Shown: in pieces, positions 1-11,951 of the stretch
Layout of the letters: every line of letters starts with the position of its first letter
How positions within the stretch are numbered: position 1 is the first letter of the stretch
Assembly: GCF_009914755.1 (NCBI RefSeq)
Contig: NC_060937.1
Source of the DNA: the human T2T-CHM13v2.0 reference genome, Homo sapiens
DNA length: 64,000 bases
Reading direction: 5' to 3' (one strand)
The notes under the pieces: generated by a model
What the model was told of the DNA's origin: nothing
The model's database searches: none
The model's input: the letters and a program-made list of their open reading frames with translations, nothing else
Program-made: the position numbers and the translations under genes

Positions 1-32
1 AGGGCTTCTGTCTAGATTTTAGATGATGATAT

Positions 33-49
33 TCCCGTTTCCAACGAAA
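33..49 (-). promoter_or_regulatory. CENP-B box (last monomer of block B; recurs at 1903-1919 etc.)
   Basis: TCCCGTTTCCAACGAAA is the reverse complement of TTTCGTTGGAAACGGGA, matching YTTCGTTGGAARCGGGA. Confidence 0.95.
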
Positions 50-370
50 TCATTAGAGCTATCCAAATATCCACTTACAGTTTCTACAAAAAGAGTGTTT
101 CCAAACTGCTGCATCAAAAGAGAGGTTCCACTCTGTTAGCTGAGTACACACATCACAAACTTGTTTCTGAGAATCCTTCTGTGTCGTTTTTATGGGAAGA
201 TATTTACTTTTTCACCGTAGGCATCAAAGCGCTCCAAATGTCCACATCCAGATACTCCAGAAAGAGTGTTTCAAACCTGCTCTATGAAAGGGAATCTTCA
301 ACTCTATGAGTTGAATGCAGACATCAGAAAGAAATTTCTGAGAATGCTGCTGTCTACCTTTTATTTGAAT

Positions 371-387
371 TCCCGCTTCCAACGAAA
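371..387 (-). promoter_or_regulatory. CENP-B box (block A, first)
   Basis: TCCCGCTTCCAACGAAA is the reverse complement of TTTCGTTGGAAGCGGGA. Confidence 0.95.
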
Positions 388-543
388 TCCTCCAAGCTAT
401 CCAAATATCCACTTGCAGATTCCACAAAAAGAGTGTTTCAAAACTGCTCTCTATCAATGGCAAAGTTCAACTCTGTTAGTTGAGGACACATATCACCAAC
501 AAGTTTCTGAGAATGCTTCTGTCTATTTTTTATGGGAAGATAT

Positions 544-560
544 TTCCTTTTTCACCGTAG
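544..560 (-). promoter_or_regulatory. pJalpha-type (A-box) motif in a box-less monomer
   Basis: TTCCTTTTTCACCGTAG is the reverse complement of CTACGGTGAAAAAGGAA, at the position equivalent to the CENP-B box in the alternate monomer class. Confidence 0.7.
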
Positions 561-710
561 GCGTCAAGGCGATCGAAATGTCCACTTCCACAAACTACAA
601 AAAGAGTGTTTCAAACCTGCTCTATGAAAGGCCATGTTCATCTCTATGAGTCGAATGGAAATATCCGAAAGAAATTTCTGGGAATGCTGCTGTCTAGTTT
701 TTATACGAAT

Positions 711-727
711 TCCCGCTTCCAACGAAA
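711..727 (-). promoter_or_regulatory. CENP-B box (block A, second)
   Basis: TCCCGCTTCCAACGAAA, 340 bp after the previous box. Confidence 0.95.
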
Positions 728-1051
728 TCCTCAAAGCAATCCAAATATCCACTTGCAGAATCCACAAAAAGAGTGTTTCAAAACTGCTCTATCAATAGAA
801 AGGTTCAACTCTTTTAGTTGAGTACACACATCACAAACAAGTTTCTGAGAATGCTTCTGTCTGGCTTTTATTGGAAGACGTTTCCTTTTCACCAAAGGCA
901 TCAAAGCGCTCCAAATGTCCACTTCCAGATTCTTCCAAAAGAGTGTTTGAAACGTGCTCAAAGTAAGGGAATGTTCAACTCTGTGACTTGAATGCAGATA
1001 TCACCAAGTAGTTTCTAATAGTGCTTCTGTCTAGATTTTAGATGATGATAT

Positions 1052-1068
1052 TCCCGTTTCCAACGAAA
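1052..1068 (-). promoter_or_regulatory. CENP-B box (block A, third)
   Basis: TCCCGTTTCCAACGAAA, 341 bp after the previous box. Confidence 0.95.
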
Positions 1069-1222
1069 TCGTTAGAGCTATCCAAATATCCACTTACAGT
1101 TGCTACAAAAAGAGTGTTTCCAAACTGCTGCATCAAAAGAAAGGTTCAACTCTGTTAGTTGAGGACACACATCACAAAGAAGTTTGTGAGAATGCTTCTG
1201 TCTAGATTTTGTATGACCATAT

Positions 1223-1239
1223 TCCCTTTTCCAGCGATA
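1223..1239 (-). other. Degenerate, non-consensus CENP-B box position present in every A block
   Basis: TCCCTTTTCCAGCGATA here, TCCCTTTTCCAACGATA in most 7-mers. Both the CGGG and TTCG cores are broken. Confidence 0.8.
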
Positions 1240-1560
1240 TCATTAAAGCAATCTAAATATCCATTTGCAGAATCCACAAAAATAGAGTTTCAAAGCTGCT
1301 CTGTAAAAAGAAAGGTTCCACTCTGTTAGCTGAGTACACACATCACAAACTTGTTTCTGAGAATCCTTCTGTCTCGTTTTTATGGGAAGATATTTACTTT
1401 TTCACCGTAGGCATCAAAGCGCTCCAAATGTCCACATCCAGATACTCCAGAAAGAGTGTTTCAAACCTGCTCTATGAAAGGGAATCTTGAACTCTATGAG
1501 TTGAATGCAGACATCAGAAAGAAATTTCTGAGAATGCTGCTGTCTACCTTTTATTTGAAT

Positions 1561-1577
1561 TCCCGCTTCCAACGAAA
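1561..1577 (-). promoter_or_regulatory. CENP-B box (block B, first)
   Basis: TCCCGCTTCCAACGAAA, 509 bp after the box at 1052. At 3 boxes per A and 2 per B, the block count implies about 169 box positions in the window. Confidence 0.95.
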
Positions 1578-2093
1578 TCCTCCAAGCTATCCAAATATCC
1601 ACCTGCATTTTCCACAAAAAGAGCGTTTCAAAACTGCTCTATCAATAGAAATGTTCAACTCCTTTGGCTGGGTACACACATCACAAACAAGTTTCTGAGA
1701 ATGCTTCTGTCTAGTTTTTATGGGAAGACATTCCCTTTTTCACCAAAGGCATCAAAGCGCTCCAAATGTCCACTTCCAGACACTACAAAAAGAGTGTTTC
1801 CAACGTGCTCTAAGAAAGCGAATGTTCAACTCTGTGACTTGAATGCAGATATCACAAAGTAGTTTCTGAGAGGGCTTCTGTCTAGATTTTAGATGATGAT
1901 ATTCCCGTTTCCAACGAAATCATTAGAGCTATCCAAATATCCACTTACAGTTTCTACAAAAAGAGTGTTTCCAAACTGCTGCATCAAAAGAGAGGTTCCA
2001 CTCTGTTAGCTGAGTACACACATCACAAACTTGTTTCTCAGAATCCTTCTGTCTCGTTTTTCTGGGAAGATATTTACTTTTTCACCGTAGGCA

Positions 2094-3283
2094 TCAAAGC
2101 GCTCCAAATGTCCACATCCAGATACTCCAGAAAGAGTGTTTCAAACCTGCTCTATGAAAGGGAATCTTCAACTCTATGAGTTGAATGCAGACATCAGAAA
2201 GAAATTTCTGAGAATGCTGCTGTCTACCTTTTATTTGAATTCCCGCTTCCAACGAAATCCTCCAAGCTATCCAAATATCCACTTGCAGATTCCACAAAAA
2301 GAGTGTTTCAAAACTGCTCTCTATCAATGGCAAAGTTCAACTCTGTTAGTTGAGGACACATATCACCAACAAGTTTCTGAGAATGCTTCTGTCTATTTTT
2401 TATGGGAAGATATTTCCTTTTTCACCGTAGGCGTCAAGGCGATCGAAATGTCCACTTCCACAAACTACAAAAAGAGTGTTTCAAACCTGCTCTATGAAAG
2501 GCCATGTTCATCTCTATGAGTCGAATGGAAATATCCGAAAGAAATTTCTGGGAATGCTGCTGTCTAGTTTTTATACGAATTCCCGCTTCCAACGAAATCC
2601 TCAAAGCAATCCAAATATCCACTTGCAGAATCCACAAAAAGAGTGTTTCAAAACTGCTCTATCAATAGAAAGGTTCAACTCTTTTAGTTGAGTACACACA
2701 TCACAAACAAGTTTCTGAGAATGCTTCTGTCTGGCTTTTATTGGAAGACGTTTCCTTTTCACCAAAGGCATCAAAGCGCTCCAAATGTCCACTTCCAGAT
2801 TCTTCCAAAAGAGTGTTTGAAACGTGCTCAAAGTAAGGGAATGTTCAACTCTGTGACTTGAATGCAGATATCACCAAGTAGTTTCTAATAGTGCTTCTGT
2901 CTAGATTTTAGATGATGATATTCCCGTTTCCAACGAAATCGTTAGAGCTATCCAAATATCCACTTACAGTTGCTACAAAAACAGTGTTTCCAAACTGCTG
3001 CATCAAAAGAAAGGTTCAACTCTGTTAGTTGAGGACACACGTCACAAAGAAGTTTGTGAGAATGCTTCTGTCTAGATTTTGTATGACGATATTCCCTTTT
3101 CCAACGATATCATTAAAGCAATCTAAATATCCATTTGCAGAATCCACAAAAATAGAGTTTCAAAGCTGCTCTGTAAAAAGAAAGGTTCCACTCTGTTAGC
3201 TGAGTACACACATCACAAACTTGTTTCTCAGAATCCTTCTGTCTCGTTTTTCTGGGAAGATATTTACTTTTTCACCGTAGGCA
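2094..3283 (-). repeat. Representative 7-mer HOR structural variant (block A alone, 1190 bp)
   Basis: A is followed directly by A. The 16 copies start at 2094, 7022, 11952, 13142, 14332, 15522, 16712, 19772, 24700, 29630, 30820, 49514, 50704, 53764, 58692 and 59882. Confidence 0.95.
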
Positions 3284-4473
3284 TCAAAGCGCTCCAAATG
3301 TCCACATCCAGATACTCCAGAAAGAGTGTTTCAAACCTGCTCTATGAAAGGGAATCTTCAACTCTATGAGTTGAATGCAGACATCAGAAAGAAATTTCTG
3401 AGAATGCTGCTGTCTACCTTTTATTTGAATTCCCGCTTCCAACGAAATCCTCCAAGCTATCCAAATATCCACTTGCAGATTCCACAAAAAGAGTGTTTCA
3501 AAACTGCTCTCTATCAATGGCAAAGTTCAACTCTGTTAGTTGAGGACACATATCACCAACAAGTTTCTGAGAATGCTTCTGTCTATTTTTTATGGGAAGA
3601 TATTTCCTTTTTCACCGTAGGCGTCAAGGCGATCGAAATGTCCACTTCCACAAACTACAAAAAGAGTGTTTCAAACCTGCTCTATGAAAGGCCATGTTCA
3701 TCTCTATGAGTCGAATGGAAATATCCGAAAGAAATTTCTGGGAATGCTGCTGTCTAGTTTTTATACGAATTCCCGCTTCCAACGAAATCCTCAAAGCAAT
3801 CCAAATATCCACTTGCAGAATCCACAAAAAGAGTGTTTCAAAACTGCTCTATCAATAGAAAGGTTCAACTCTTTTAGTTGAGTACACACATCACAAACAA
3901 GTTTCTGAGAATGCTTCTGTCTGGCTTTTATTGGAAGACGTTTCCTTTTCACCAAAGGCATCAAAGCGCTCCAAATGTCCACTTCCAGATTCTTCCAAAA
4001 GAGTGTTTGAAACGTGCTCAAAGTAAGGGAATGTTCAACTCTGTGACTTGAATGCAGATATCACCAAGTAGTTTCTAATAGTGCTTCTGTCTAGATTTTA
4101 GATGATGATATTCCCGTTTCCAACGAAATCGTTAGAGCTATCCAAATATCCACTTACAGTTTCTACAAAAAGAGTGTTTCCAAACTGCTGCATCAAAAGA
4201 AAGGTTCAACTCTGTTAGTTGAGGACACACATCACAAAGAAGTTTGTGAGAATGCTTCTGTCTAGATTTTGTATGACCATATTCCCTTTTCCAGCGATAT
4301 CATTAATGCAATCTAAATATCCATTTGCAGAATCCACAAAAATAGAGTTTCAAAGCTGCTCTGTAAAAAGAAAGGTTCCACTCTGTTAGCTGAGTACACA
4401 CATCACAAACTTGTTTCTCAGAATCCTTCTGTCTCGTTTTTATGGGAAGATATTTACTTTTTCACCGTAGGCA

Positions 4474-5151
4474 TCAAAGCGCTCCAAATGTCCACATCCA
4501 GATACTCCAGAAAGAGTGTTTCAAACCTGCTCTATGAAAGGGAATCTTCAACTCTATGAGTTGAATGCAGACATCAGAAAGAAATTTCTGAGAATGCTGC
4601 TGTCTACCTTTTATTTGAACTCCCGCTTCCAACGAAATCCTCCAAGCTATCCAAATATCCACTTGCATTTTCCACAAAAAGAGTGCTTCAAAACTGCTCT
4701 ATCAATAAATGTTCAACTCCTTTAGCTGGGTGCACACATCACAAACAAGTTTCTGAGAATGCTTCTGTCTAGTTTTTATGGGAAGACATTCCCTTTTTCA
4801 CCAAAGGCATCAAAGCGCTCCAAATGTCCACTTCCAGACACTACAAAAAGAGTGTTTCCAACGTGCTCTAAGAAAGCGAATGTTCAACTCTGTGACTTGA
4901 ATGCAGATATCACAAAGTAGTTTCTGAGAGGGCTTCTGTCTAGATTTTAGATGATGATATTCCCGTTTCCAACGAAATCATTAGAGCTATCCAAATATCC
5001 ACTTACAGTTTCTACAAAAAGAGTGTTTCCAAACTGCTGCATCAAAAGAGAGGTTCCACTCTGTTAGCTGAGTACACACATCACAAACTTGTTTCTGAGA
5101 ATCCTTCTGTGTCGTTTTTATGGGAAGATATTTACTTTTTCACCGTAGGCA
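4474..5151 (-). repeat. B' variant 4-monomer block (678 bp; 2-bp deletion, EcoRI site lost)
   Basis: Carries gaactccc, acttgcattt, gagtgcttca, atcaataaat and tttagctgggtgcac. Copies start at 4474, 22152, 33200, 43228, 46966, 56144 and 62262, each marked by the 69-aa ...SINVQLL ORF. Confidence 0.93.
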
Positions 5152-8100
5152 TCAAAGCGCTCCAAATGTCCACATCCAGATACTCCAGAAAGAGTGTTTC
5201 AAACCTGCTCTATGAAAGGGAATCTTCAACTCTATGAGTTGAATGCAGACATCAGAAAGAAATTTCTGAGAATGCTGCTGTCTACCTTTTATTTGAATTC
5301 CCGCTTCCAACGAAATCCTCCAAGCTATCCAAATATCCACTTGCAGATTCCACAAAAAGAGTGTTTCAAAACTGCTCTCTATCAATGGCAAAGTTCAACT
5401 CTGTTAGTTGAGGACACATATCACCAACAAGTTTCTGAGAATGCTTCTGTCTATTTTTTATGGGAAGATATTTCCTTTTTCACCGTAGGCGTCAAGGCGA
5501 TCGAAATGTCCACTTCCACAAACTACAAAAAGAGTGTTTCAAACCTGCTCTATGAAAGGCCATGTTCATCTCTATGAGTCGAATGGAAATATCCGAAAGA
5601 AATTTCTGGGAATGCTGCTGTCTAGTTTTTATACGAATTCCCGCTTCCAACGAAATCCTCAAAGCAATCCAAATATCCACTTGCAGAATCCACAAAAAGA
5701 GTGTTTCAAAACTGCTCTATCAATAGAAAGGTTCAACTCTTTTAGTTGAGTACACACATCACAAACAAGTTTCTGAGAATGCTTCTGTCTGGCTTTTATT
5801 GGAAGACGTTTCCTTTTCACCAAAGGCATCAAAGCGCTCCAAATGTCCACTTCCAGATTCTTCCAAAAGAGTGTTTGAAACGTGCTCAAAGTAAGGGAAT
5901 GTTCAACTCTGTGACTTGAATGCAGATATCACCAAGTAGTTTCTAATAGTGCTTCTGTCTAGATTTTAGATGATGATATTCCCGTTTCCAACGAAATCGT
6001 TAGAGCTATCCAAATATCCACTTACAGTTGCTACAAAAAGAGTGTTTCCAAACTGCTGCATCAAAAGAAAGGTTCAACTCTGTTAGTTGAGGACACACAT
6101 CACAAAGAAGTTTGTGAGAATGCTTCTGTCTAGATTTTGTATGACCATATTCCCTTTTCCAGCGATATCATTAAAGCAATCTAAATATCCATTTGCAGAA
6201 TCCACAAAAATAGAGTTTCAAAGCTGCTCTGTAAAAAGAAAGGTTCCACTCTGTTAGCTGAGTACACACATCACAAACTTGTTTCTGAGAATCCTTCTGT
6301 CTCGTTTTTATGGGAAGATATTTACTTTTTCACCGTAGGCATCAAAGCGCTCCAAATGTCCACATCCAGATACTCCAGAAAGAGTGTTTCAAACCTGCTC
6401 TATGAAAGGGAATCTTGAACTCTATGAGTTGAATGCAGACATCAGAAAGAAATTTCTGAGAATGCTGCTGTCTACCTTTTATTTGAATTCCCGCTTCCAA
6501 CGAAATCCTCCAAGCTATCCAAATATCCACCTGCATTTTCCACAAAAAGAGCGTTTCAAAACTGCTCTATCAATAGAAATGTTCAACTCCTTTGGCTGGG
6601 TACACACATCACAAACAAGTTTCTGAGAATGCTTCTGTCTAGATTTTATGGGAAGACATTCCCTTTTTCACCAAAGGCATCAAAGCGCTCCAAATGTCCA
6701 CTTCCAGACACTACAAAAAGAGTGTTTCCAACGTGCTCTAAGAAAGCGAATGTTCAACTCTGTGACTTGAATGCAGATATCACAAAGTAGTTTCTGAGAG
6801 GGCTTCTGTCTAGATTTTAGATGATGATATTCCCGTTTCCAACGAAATCATTAGAGCTATCCAAATATCCACTTACAGTTTCTACAAAAAGAGTGTTTCC
6901 AAACTGCTGCATCAAAAGAGAGGTTCCACTCTGTTAGCTGAGTACACACATCACAAACTTGTTTCTCAGAATCCTTCTGTCTCGTTTTTCTGGGAAGATA
7001 TTTACTTTTTCACCGTAGGCATCAAAGCGCTCCAAATGTCCACATCCAGATACTCCAGAAAGAGTGTTTCAAACCTGCTCTATGAAAGGGAATCTTCAAC
7101 TCTATGAGTTGAATGCAGACATCAGAAGGAAATTTCTGAGAATGCTGCTGTCTACCTTTTATTTGAATTCCCGCTTCCAACGAAATCCTCCAAGCTATCC
7201 AAATATCCACTTGCAGATTCCACAAAAAGAGTGTTTCAAAACTGCTCTCTATCAATGGCAAAGTTCAACTCTGTTAGTTGAGGACACATATCACCAACAA
7301 GTTTCTGAGAATGCTTCTGTCTATTTTTTATGGGAAGATATTTCCTTTTTCACCGTAGGCGTCAAGGCGATCGAAATGTCCACTTCCACAAACTACAAAA
7401 AGAGTGTTTCAAACCTGCTCTATGAAAGGCCATGTTCATCTCTATGAGTCGAATGGAAATATCCGAAAGAAATTTCTGGGAATGCTGCTGTCTAGTTTTT
7501 ATACGAATTCCCGCTTCCAACGAAATCCTCAAAGCAATCCAAATATCCACTTGCAGAATCCACAAAAAGAGTGTTTCAAAACTGCTCTATCAATAGAAAG
7601 GTTCAACTCTTTTAGTTGAGTACACACATCACAAACAAGTTTCTGAGAATGCTTCTGTCTGGCTTTTATTGGAAGACGTTTCCTTTTCACCAAAGGCATC
7701 AAAGCGCTCCAAATGTCCACTTCCAGATTCTTCCAAAAGAGTGTTTGAAACGTGCTCAAAGTAAGGGAATGTTCAACTCTGTGACTTGAATGCAGATATC
7801 ACCAAGTAGTTTCTAATAGTGCTTCTGTCTAGATTTTAGATGATGATATTCCCGTTTCCAACGAAATCGTTAGAGCTATCCAAATATCCACTTACAGTTG
7901 CTACAAAAACAGTGTTTCCAAACTGCTGCATCAAAAGAAAGGTTCAACTCTGTTAGTTGAGGACACACGTCACAAAGAAGTTTGTGAGAATGCTTCTGTC
8001 TAGATTTTGTATGACGATATTCCCTTTTCCAACGATATCGTTAAAGCAATCTAAATATCCATTTGCAGAATCCACAAAAATAGAGTTTCAAAGCTGCTCT

Positions 8101-11100
8101 GTAAAAAGAAAGGTTCCACTCTGTTAGCTGAGTACACACATCACAAACTTGTTTCTCAGAATCCTTCTGTCTCGTTTTTCTGGGAAGATATTTACTTTTT
8201 CACCGTAGGCATCAAAGCGCTCCAAATGTCCACATCCAGATACTCCAGAAAGAGTGTTTCAAACCTGCTCTATGAAAGGGAATCTTCAACTCTATGAGTT
8301 GAATGCAGACATCAGAAAGAAATTTCTGAGAATGCTGCTGTCTACCTTTTATTTGAATTCCCGCTTCCAACGAAATCCTCCAAGCTATCCAAATATCCAC
8401 TTGCAGATTCCACAAAAAGAGTGTTTCAAAACTGCTCTCTATCAATGGCAAAGTTCAACTCTGTTAGTTGAGGACACATATCACCAACAAGTTTCTGAGA
8501 ATGCTTCTGTCTATTTTTTATGGGAAGATATTTCCTTTTTCACCGTAGGCGTCAAGGCGATCGAAATGTCCACTTCCACAAACTACAAAAAGAGTGTTTC
8601 AAACCTGCTCTATGAAAGGCCATGTTCATCTCTATGAGTCGAATGGAAATATCCGAAAGAAATTTCTGGGAATGCTGCTGTCTAGTTTTTATACGAATTC
8701 CCGCTTCCAACGAAATCCTCAAAGCAATCCAAATATCCACTTGCAGAATCCACAAAAAGAGTGTTTCAAAACTGCTCTATCAATAGAAAGGTTCAACTCT
8801 TTTAGTTGAGTACACACATCACAAACAAGTTTCTGAGAATGCTTCTGTCTGGCTTTTATTGGAAGACGTTTCCTTTTCACCAAAGGCATCAAAGCGCTCC
8901 AAATGTCCACTTCCAGATTCTTCCAAAAGAGTGTTTGAAACGTGCTCAAAGTAAGGGAATGTTCAACTCTGTGACTTGAATGCAGATATCACCAAGTAGT
9001 TTCTAATAGTGCTTCTGTCTAGATTTTAGATGATGATATTCCCGTTTCCAACGAAATCGTTAGAGCTATCCAAATATCCACTTACAGTTTCTACAAAAAG
9101 AGTGTTTCCAAACTGCTGCATCAAAAGAAAGGTTCAACTCTGTTAGTTGAGGACACACATCACAAAGAAGTTTGTGAGAATGCTTCTGTCTAGATTTTGT
9201 ATGACCATATTCCCTTTTCCAGCGATATCATTAAAGCAATCTAAATATCCATTTGCAGAATCCACAAAAATAGAGTTTCAAAGCTGCTCTGTAAAAAGAA
9301 AGGTTCCACTCTGTTAGCTGAGTACACACATCACAAACTTGTTTCTGAGAATCCTTCTGTCTCGTTTTTATGGGAAGATATTTACTTTTTCACCGTAGGC
9401 ATCAAAGCGCTCCAAATGTCCACATCCAGATACTCCAGAAAGAGTGTTTCAAACCTGCTCTATGAAAGGGAATCTTCAACTCTATGAGTTGAATGCAGAC
9501 ATCAGAAAGAAATTTCTGAGAATGCTGCTGTCTACCTTTTATTTGAATTCCCGCTTCCAACGAAATCCTCCAAGCTATCCAAATATCCACCTGCATTTTC
9601 CACAAAAAGAGCGTTTCAAAACTGCTCTATCAATAGAAATGTTCAACTCCTTTGGCTGGGTACACACATCACAAACAAGTTTCTGAGAATGCTTCTGTCT
9701 AGTTTTTATGGGAAGACATTCCCTTTTTCACCAAAGGCATCAAAGCGCTCCAAATGTCCACTTCCAGACACTACAAAAAGAGTGTTTCCAACGTGCTCTA
9801 AGAAAGCGAATGTTCAACTCTGTGACTTGAATGCAGATATCACAAAGTAGTTTCTGAGAGGGCTTCTGTCTAGATTTTAGATGATGATATTCCCGTTTCC
9901 AACGAAATCATTAGAGCTATCCAAATATCCACTTACAGTTTCTACAAAAAGAGTGTTTCCAAACTGCTGCATCAAAAGAGAGGTTCCACTCTGTTAGCTG
10001 AGTACACACATCACAAACTTGTTTCTCAGAATCCTTCTGTCTCGTTTTTCTGGGAAGATATTTACTTTTTCACCGTAGGCATCAAAGCGCTCCAAATGTC
10101 CACATCCAGATACTCCAGAAAGAGTGTTTCAAACCTGCTCTATGAAAGGGAATCTTCAACTCTATGAGTTGAATGCAGACATCAGAAAGAAATTTCTGAG
10201 AATGCTGCTGTCTACCTTTTATTTGAATTCCCGCTTCCAACGAAATCCTCCAAGCTATCCAAATATCCACTTGCAGATTCCACAAAAAGAGTGTTTCAAA
10301 ACTGCTCTCTATCAATGGCAAAGTTCAACTCTGTTAGTTGAGGACACATATCACCAACAAGTTTCTGAGAATGCTTCTGTCTATTTTTTATGGGAAGATA
10401 TTTCCTTTTTCACCGTAGGCGTCAAGGCGATCGAAATGTCCACTTCCACAAACTACAAAAAGAGTGTTTCAAACCTGCTCTATGAAAGGCCATGTTCATC
10501 TCTATGAGTCGAATGGAAATATCCGAAAGAAATTTCTGGGAATGCTGCTGTCTAGTTTTTATACGAATTCCCGCTTCCAACGAAATCCTCAAAGCAATCC
10601 AAATATCCACTTGCAGAATCCACAAAAAGAGTGTTTCAAAACTGCTCTATCAATAGAAAGGTTCAACTCTTTTAGTTGAGTACACACATCACAAACAAGT
10701 TTCTGAGAATGCTTCTGTCTGGCTTTTATTGGAAGACGTTTCCTTTTCACCAAAGGCATCAAAGCGCTCCAAATGTCCACTTCCAGATTCTTCCAAAAGA
10801 GTGTTTGAAACGTGCTCAAAGTAAGGGAATGTTCAACTCTGTGACTTGAATGCAGATATCACCAAGTAGTTTCTAATAGTGCTTCTGTCTAGATTTTAGA
10901 TGATGATATTCCCGTTTCCAACGAAATCGTTAGAGCTATCCAAATATCCACTTACAGTTTCTACAAAAAGAGTGTTTCCAAACTGCTGCATCAAAAGAAA
11001 GGTTCAACTCTGTTAGTTGAGGACACACATCACAAAGAAGTTTGTGAGAATGCTTCTGTCTAGATTTTGTATGACCATATTCCCTTTTCCAGCGATATCA

Positions 11101-11951
11101 TTAAAGCAATCTAAATATCCATTTGCAGAATCCACAAAAATAGAGTTTCAAAGCTGCTCTGTAAAAAGAAAGGTTCCACTCTGTTAGCTGAGTACACACA
11201 TCACAAACTTGTTTCTGAGAATCCTTCTGTCTCGTTTTTATGGGAAGATATTTACTTTTTCACCGTAGGCATCAAAGCGCTCCAAATGTCCACATCCAGA
11301 TACTCCAGAAAGAGTGTTTCAAACCTGCTCTATGAAAGGGAATCTTCAACTCTATGAGTTGAATGCAGACATCAGAAAGAAATTTCTGAGAATGCTGCTG
11401 TCTACCTTTTATTTGAATTCCCGCTTCCAACGAAATCCTCCAAGCTATCCAAATATCCACCTGCATTTTCCACAAAAAGAGCGTTTCAAAACTGCTCTAT
11501 CAATAGAAATGTTCAACTCCTTTGGCTGGGTACACACATCACAAACAAGTTTCTGAGAATGCTTCTGTCTAGTTTTTATGGGAAGACATTCCCTTTTTCA
11601 CCAAAGGCATCAAAGCGCTCCAAATGTCCACTTCCAGACACTACAAAAAGAGTGTTTCCAACGTGCTCTAAGAAAGCGAATGTTCAACTCTGTGACTTGA
11701 ATGCAGATATCACAAAGTAGTTTCTGAGAGGGCTTCTGTCTAGATTTTAGATGATGATATTCCCGTTTCCAACGAAATCATTAGAGCTATCCAAATATCC
11801 ACTTACAGTTTCTACAAAAAGAGTGTTTCCAAACTGCTGCATCAAAAGAGAGGTTCCACTCTGTTAGCTGAGTACACACATCACAAACTTGTTTCTCAGA
11901 ATCCTTCTGTCTCGTTTTTCTGGGAAGATATTTACTTTTTCACCGTAGGCA

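Larger units (their letters stand above)
224..2093 (-). repeat. Representative canonical 11-mer HOR unit (A 224-1413 + B 1414-2093, 1870 bp)
   Basis: The sequence at 224 recurs at 2094. EcoRI GAATTC at 367, 707, 1557 and 2237 gives 340, 850 and 680 bp spacing. There are 22 AB units in the window, 7 of them 1868 bp. Confidence 0.95.
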
